64,000 nucleotides of DNA from Minisyncoccota bacterium (GTDB lineage Bacteria; Patescibacteriota; Minisyncoccia; Minisyncoccales; GCA-002788555). The translations under genes and the position numbers were made by a program. The notes beneath the pieces were generated by a model, which searched no databases, was not told the origin of the DNA, and saw nothing but the letters and a program-made list of their open reading frames with translations. Below, one piece after another: positions 59,989 through 64,000 of this stretch (its first letter is position 1; each line of letters starts with the position of its first letter). Location: positions 13,071 to 77,070 of the forward strand of contig JAQUPA010000001.1 in assembly GCA_028716825.1 (NCBI GenBank), read 5' to 3'.

Positions 59989-60869
59989 AAAAAGAATTAA
60001 GAAATAAAAAATCCCAAAACAAAATTGGAGTTGTTGCAGATGATGTTTGTTCTTTACCAGAAGAATTTTTGAAAAAAAACAGAATAGAGATCGTAAAAAT
60101 GAGATTGTTTTTTGAAGAACTTAAAAAACAACCCGAAAAGGATATATATCAAATAATGAAAGAAACGAAAGCTTATCCTAAAACTTCAGCACCCTCGCCT
60201 GGGCAGTTTCTTAAGTCTTATAATAAAGCCCTTAAGATAAATGAGAAAATTGTTGTAATTACAATAAGCTCTAAGCTTTCCGGCGCTTTTAATACCGCGA
60301 ATCAAGCAAAAAAATTAATATCCATTCCTTCTAAAATTAATATAGTAGATTCATTTTCAGCCGTTGCCGCAGAGGGGCTTCTTGTTATAAAAGCAATTAA
60401 TCTAATTAAAGAAAAAAAAGATTTAAAGAAAATTAAAAATGAATTAGAGACTGTAAAAAAAAGAATAAAAATGTTTGCTTTTCTTGAAACAACTTATTGG
60501 GTAGAAAAGATAGGAAGAATTTCTAAAAAAAGAGCTTTCGGATTTAAATTTTTGAAATTATTTGGAGTGATGCCGATTATCGGCATAAAAAGAGAAGAGG
60601 TAGGTCTTGTGGGATTTAATTTCTGGACTACAAAAAATTATAAAGCAGTTTTTCATCAATTAAAAAAAGAAACTAAAAGGGCAAAAAAGCAATCAAAAAG
60701 ATTGATAGTTGGAATAAATTATACAGATAATAAGGACACAGCTTTTTGGTTAAAAGAAAAAATAGAAAGAAAACTTCAGGCAAGAGTCATTTTTGTGAGT
60801 ATGGTACCTTTAATTGTCGGCGCAAATTCTGGTCCCGGAACATTAATTGCAGCAAGTTATATAGAATAA
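59967..60869 (+). CDS. DegV family fatty-acid-binding protein (FakB-like)
   Basis: PKTSAPSPG, ISSKLSG, VDS, GRI, ANSGPGT. Confidence 0.88.
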   Translation: MVLEKKIKKELRNKKSQNKIGVVADDVCSLPEEFLKKNRIEIVKMRLFFEELKKQPEKDIYQIMKETKAYPKTSAPSPGQFLKSYNKALKINEKIVVITISSKLSGAFNTANQAKKLISIPSKINIVDSFSAVAAEGLLVIKAINLIKEKKDLKKIKNELETVKKRIKMFAFLETTYWVEKIGRISKKRAFGFKFLKLFGVMPIIGIKREEVGLVGFNFWTTKNYKAVFHQLKKETKRAKKQSKRLIVGINYTDNKDTAFWLKEKIERKLQARVIFVSMVPLIVGANSGPGTLIAASYIE

Positions 60870-60870
60870 T

Positions 60871-60990
60871 AATCTCAAATGTTATATCCTATAACTCAAA
60901 ACCATATCCGAAATGTTAAATGTAACAATTGTAAAAAGATTTAAGATTTAACATTTGGATTTAAGATAAAGGATTTAAGTTTTAAGATAT
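60871..60990. repeat. Cargo-less heptamer-repeat hairpin element
   Basis: Left arm AAATGTTATATCCTATAACTCAAAACCATATCCGAAATGTTAAAT closely matches 51400-51447; right arm of GATTTAA-type units. Confidence 0.7.
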
Positions 60991-60995
60991 TTTTT

Positions 60996-62516
60996 ATGGC
61001 TATAAAATTATTTTCATCAGCGATAATTGGACTGGAGGCTATTCCAATTGAAGTTGAAGTTGATTTTTCTCCCGGTCTCCATAGTTTTTCTATTGTTGGC
61101 TTAGGAGATAAAGCAGTTGAGGAATCAAAAGAAAGAGTGTCTTCAGCTGTTAAAAATACAGGCGCAAAACCACCTCAGCATCATAATAGGAGAATTACTG
61201 TAAACTTGGCCCCTGCTGATATAAAAAAACAAGGGCCAGGATATGATCTTGCAATTGCAGTTGGTTTTCTTCTGGCCTCTGGTCAAATGAAAAATATTGA
61301 TGTATCTGATAAATTATTTATCGGTGAACTTTCTTTGGACGGCACTTTGCGTAAAACAAATGGCATTTTACCCATTGCTTCTTTGGCAAAAGAAAAATTA
61401 AAAACACTGGTCTTACCAAAGGAAAATGAAAAAGAAGCAGAGTTGGTTGAAGGGCTTAAAATTTTGTCAGTAAATAATTTGGACGAACTTTTAAAAACTT
61501 TAGAAAAAGAAGAAAAAGAATATATAAAAATAGGGAATGGCGCAGAAGAAATTAATCCTGTTTTAAAAACCGACATAGATTTTGCTTATATTAAAGGGCA
61601 GGATCGTGCAAAAAGAGCTTTTGAGATTGCAGCGGCTGGAGGGCATAATATCTTTTTGTCAGGGCCTCCAGGAGGAGGGAAAACTCTTTTATCTCGCGCC
61701 CTACCGTCGATTCTTCCTCGTTTAGACAAAAACGAAATTTTAGAGATAACAAAAATTTATAGCGTTGCAGGACTTTTATCTTCAAAACAACCAATCTTAG
61801 AAGAAAGACCCTTTAGGGCTCCACACCATTCTTCGTCAACAGCGGCTTTAATCGGCGGTGGCTCGAAGATTAAGCCGGGGGAAATTACTTTAGCCCATCG
61901 TGGAGTTTTGTTTTTAGATGAATTCCCAGAATTTCATAGAGACGTGATTGAAGCTTTGCGCCAGCCCATGGAAGATGGAATTGTTCAGGTGTCTCGTGCT
62001 ACAGAAACTCTTTTATTCCCTGCAAATTTTACTTTAGTTGCAGCCTCAAACCCTTGTCCTTGCGGATTTTTAAATGATTCGCAAAAAGAATGTAATTGTA
62101 CTTCTTCTCAAATATTACGATACCAGCGAAAGTTGTCAGGGCCAATTTTAGATAGGATTGATATTAAAATTGAAGTTCCACGAATTGGTTTTGATAAATT
62201 GTCTTCAGGAAAAGTTGCAGAAGAGAGCAAAAAAATAAGAGAAAGAGTTGAACTCGCCAGAGAAATTCAACAAAAAAGAGGTTTTATAAATAGTGATATT
62301 AGTATCCCAAAAATAAAAGAATATTGTAAAATAGATAATGCCTCAGAAGATCTTTTAAGAATGGCGATGCAAAAATTAAATTTATCGCCAAGAAGTTATC
62401 ATAAAGTGTTGAAAGTTTCTCGTACTATTGCAGACCTTGATGGTAAAGATAATATCGCAAAAGAACATCTTGCAGAGGCAATTAGTTATCAGGATAAAAA
62501 AGAAAATTATGTATGA
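60996..62516 (+). CDS. comM: ComM/YifB Mg-chelatase-like AAA+ ATPase
   Basis: ITVNLAPAD, GPPGGGKT, PFRAPHH, LAHRGVLFLDE, NPCPCG, SGPILDRID. Confidence 0.93.
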   Translation: MAIKLFSSAIIGLEAIPIEVEVDFSPGLHSFSIVGLGDKAVEESKERVSSAVKNTGAKPPQHHNRRITVNLAPADIKKQGPGYDLAIAVGFLLASGQMKNIDVSDKLFIGELSLDGTLRKTNGILPIASLAKEKLKTLVLPKENEKEAELVEGLKILSVNNLDELLKTLEKEEKEYIKIGNGAEEINPVLKTDIDFAYIKGQDRAKRAFEIAAAGGHNIFLSGPPGGGKTLLSRALPSILPRLDKNEILEITKIYSVAGLLSSKQPILEERPFRAPHHSSSTAALIGGGSKIKPGEITLAHRGVLFLDEFPEFHRDVIEALRQPMEDGIVQVSRATETLLFPANFTLVAASNPCPCGFLNDSQKECNCTSSQILRYQRKLSGPILDRIDIKIEVPRIGFDKLSSGKVAEESKKIRERVELAREIQQKRGFINSDISIPKIKEYCKIDNASEDLLRMAMQKLNLSPRSYHKVLKVSRTIADLDGKDNIAKEHLAEAISYQDKKENYV

Positions 62517-63435
62517 TGTAATTATTATCGGTGGCGGACCTGCTGGCGTTGCAGCAGGAATATATTGCGCAAGAAAAAACTTGAAAGTAATTTTGTTAAC
62601 AAAAGATCTTGAGGGTCAAATTTTTGACTCACCCAAAGTTGAAAATTATCCGGGCTTTAAAGAAATTTCCGGCATTAATCTTTCCGCAAAATTAAAAGAA
62701 CATTTATTAAATTTTTCTTCGAATATTGAAATTAAAGAAGGGTTTTTTGTAAAGAAAATAGAGAGGATAGAAGATAATAATTTCCAAATTGCAACAGAAG
62801 ACGGAAAAAAGTTTATTTCAAAAGTTATTATTATTGCTAGTGGTGCAAGCCCTAGAAAGTTAGATGTTCCGGGCGCTAAAGAATTTGAAGGGAAAGGAGT
62901 TTCTTTCTGTGAAACTTGCGATGGACCTTTTTTAAAAGAGAAGGATGTTGTTGTTGTTGGAAGCGGAAATGCAGGCCTTGAAGCCGCAGAAGAACTTGCG
63001 AGCTATACAAATAAAGTTTGTGTTTTGGAAATTAAAAACAAATTAGTTGGAGATGAATTTTTAGCAAAAAGATTAGAAAAAAAAGGAAATGTAGAAATTA
63101 TTTTTAATGTTGAATTAAAAAAGATAAAAGGAGAGAATTTTGTTGAAAAAATTATATATTTTGATAAAAAGGAAGGGCAAGAGAAACAATTAAATGTTTC
63201 TGGAATATTTGTGAAAGTAGGACAGTTCCCAAATAGTGATTTCGCAGAAGACTCTTTAGAGATAAATGAGCGGAAAGAAATCATAATAAATCCAAAGACA
63301 TTAGAGACCTCAGAAGAAGGAATCTTTGCAGCGGGGGATGTTACTGATATTTCTTATAAACAATATATTATAGCAGCGGGTGAGGGAGCGAAAGCCGCTT
63401 TATCAGCTTATAATTATTTAAAAAATAAAAAGTAA
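62509..63435 (+). CDS. trxB: Thioredoxin reductase-family FAD oxidoreductase
   Basis: MYDVIIIGGGPAG, CETCDG, VVGSGNAG, FAAGDVT; ATG at 62509. Confidence 0.88.
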   Translation: MYDVIIIGGGPAGVAAGIYCARKNLKVILLTKDLEGQIFDSPKVENYPGFKEISGINLSAKLKEHLLNFSSNIEIKEGFFVKKIERIEDNNFQIATEDGKKFISKVIIIASGASPRKLDVPGAKEFEGKGVSFCETCDGPFLKEKDVVVVGSGNAGLEAAEELASYTNKVCVLEIKNKLVGDEFLAKRLEKKGNVEIIFNVELKKIKGENFVEKIIYFDKKEGQEKQLNVSGIFVKVGQFPNSDFAEDSLEINERKEIIINPKTLETSEEGIFAAGDVTDISYKQYIIAAGEGAKAALSAYNYLKNKK

Positions 63436-63436
63436 A

Positions 63437-64000
63437 ATGATGAATTTTTCACAACTTATATCTGAGGTTTTAAAATATATTGAAAAAATTCCAATGTTGA
63501 AGATTGGATTTATTATTGTTGGAGGCATTATTGCTTATATTTTAATAAAGACTTTTGGCGAAATCTGGATAATGAAAATGATGAAAAGAAAATATAGGAA
63601 AAGAGATAAAGAAGCTCTTCAAAAAAGAACACAAACACTACATCAGACATTAACCACTGCTTTAAAAATCGTTATTATCTTTACTGGGTTTTTATTGATT
63701 TTAGATGAAATCGGTATTAATCTTGCTCCTTTTGTTGCGGGTGCTGGAATTGTGGGTCTTGCTGTTGGATTTGGTTCGCAGAGCTTGGTAAAAGATTTTG
63801 TCTCTGGTACTTTTATTTTAGTAGAAGATCAATTTAGGAAGGGGGATAAAGTTAAGATAGGAGGTTTCGAGGGCAAGGTTGAGAATTTCACTTTACGGAG
63901 AACTTTGCTAAGAGACGATAAAGACAATTTGCATTATATTCCGAATAACCAAATAAATTTTGTATCAAACCTAACAAAAGGGAAAGAAGGGAAAACCAAA
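63437..64000 (+). CDS. MscS-family mechanosensitive channel (runs to the window end; not in ORF track)
   Basis: AGAGIVGLAVGFGSQSLVKDFVSG.FIL.EDQFRKGD.V, HYIPN. Confidence 0.9.
   Translation, partial: MMNFSQLISEVLKYIEKIPMLKIGFIIVGGIIAYILIKTFGEIWIMKMMKRKYRKRDKEALQKRTQTLHQTLTTALKIVIIFTGFLLILDEIGINLAPFVAGAGIVGLAVGFGSQSLVKDFVSGTFILVEDQFRKGDKVKIGGFEGKVENFTLRRTLLRDDKDNLHYIPNNQINFVSNLTKGKEGKTK

Overview
This AT-rich bacterial chromosome segment contains the replication origin (deoC-dnaN-oriC-dnaA-rpmH-rnpA-yidC) and four perfect parS sites. Gene content points to a Patescibacteria/CPR (Parcubacteria-like) organism, by inference only: CPR-type pilins, a PrgI/VirB4/VirB6-like T4SS locus, a 23S-5S unit with no linked 16S, tRNA-Arg(UCG) and SD-less core genes. 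Main blocks, in order: (1) a 12-kb T4SS-like operon with pilin-cargo fusions and peptidoglycan hydrolases; (2) rsmA-efp-cca, tRNAs, nusA, ppa and 23S/5S; (3) PBP2, a ~490-nt structured intergenic region, a surface protein, and groESL with CIRCE; (4) a galT/glycoside hydrolase/3x GT4 locus; (5) an accessory region with a SigH-like sigma factor carrying an HMG-box-like tail, and a CIRCE-preceded small-gene array with DUF3800 and HEPN-like genes; (6) a GC-rich purB, a four-subunit PFOR and acs; (7) a lipid-scavenging-like operon (FakA-FakB fusion, uppS, plsY, DegV), then comM, trxB and mscS. The most unusual signals are a heptamer-built inverted-repeat element present both with a four-helix-bundle cargo and as an empty copy; TCCCGA...TCGGGA mini-elements inserted into tRNA relics; ORFan islets sharing a promoter/SD/3'-AAGGAGGTG-hairpin layout; and the sigma-HMG fusion with an in-frame TAG. 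All calls are by eye and no database searches were run.
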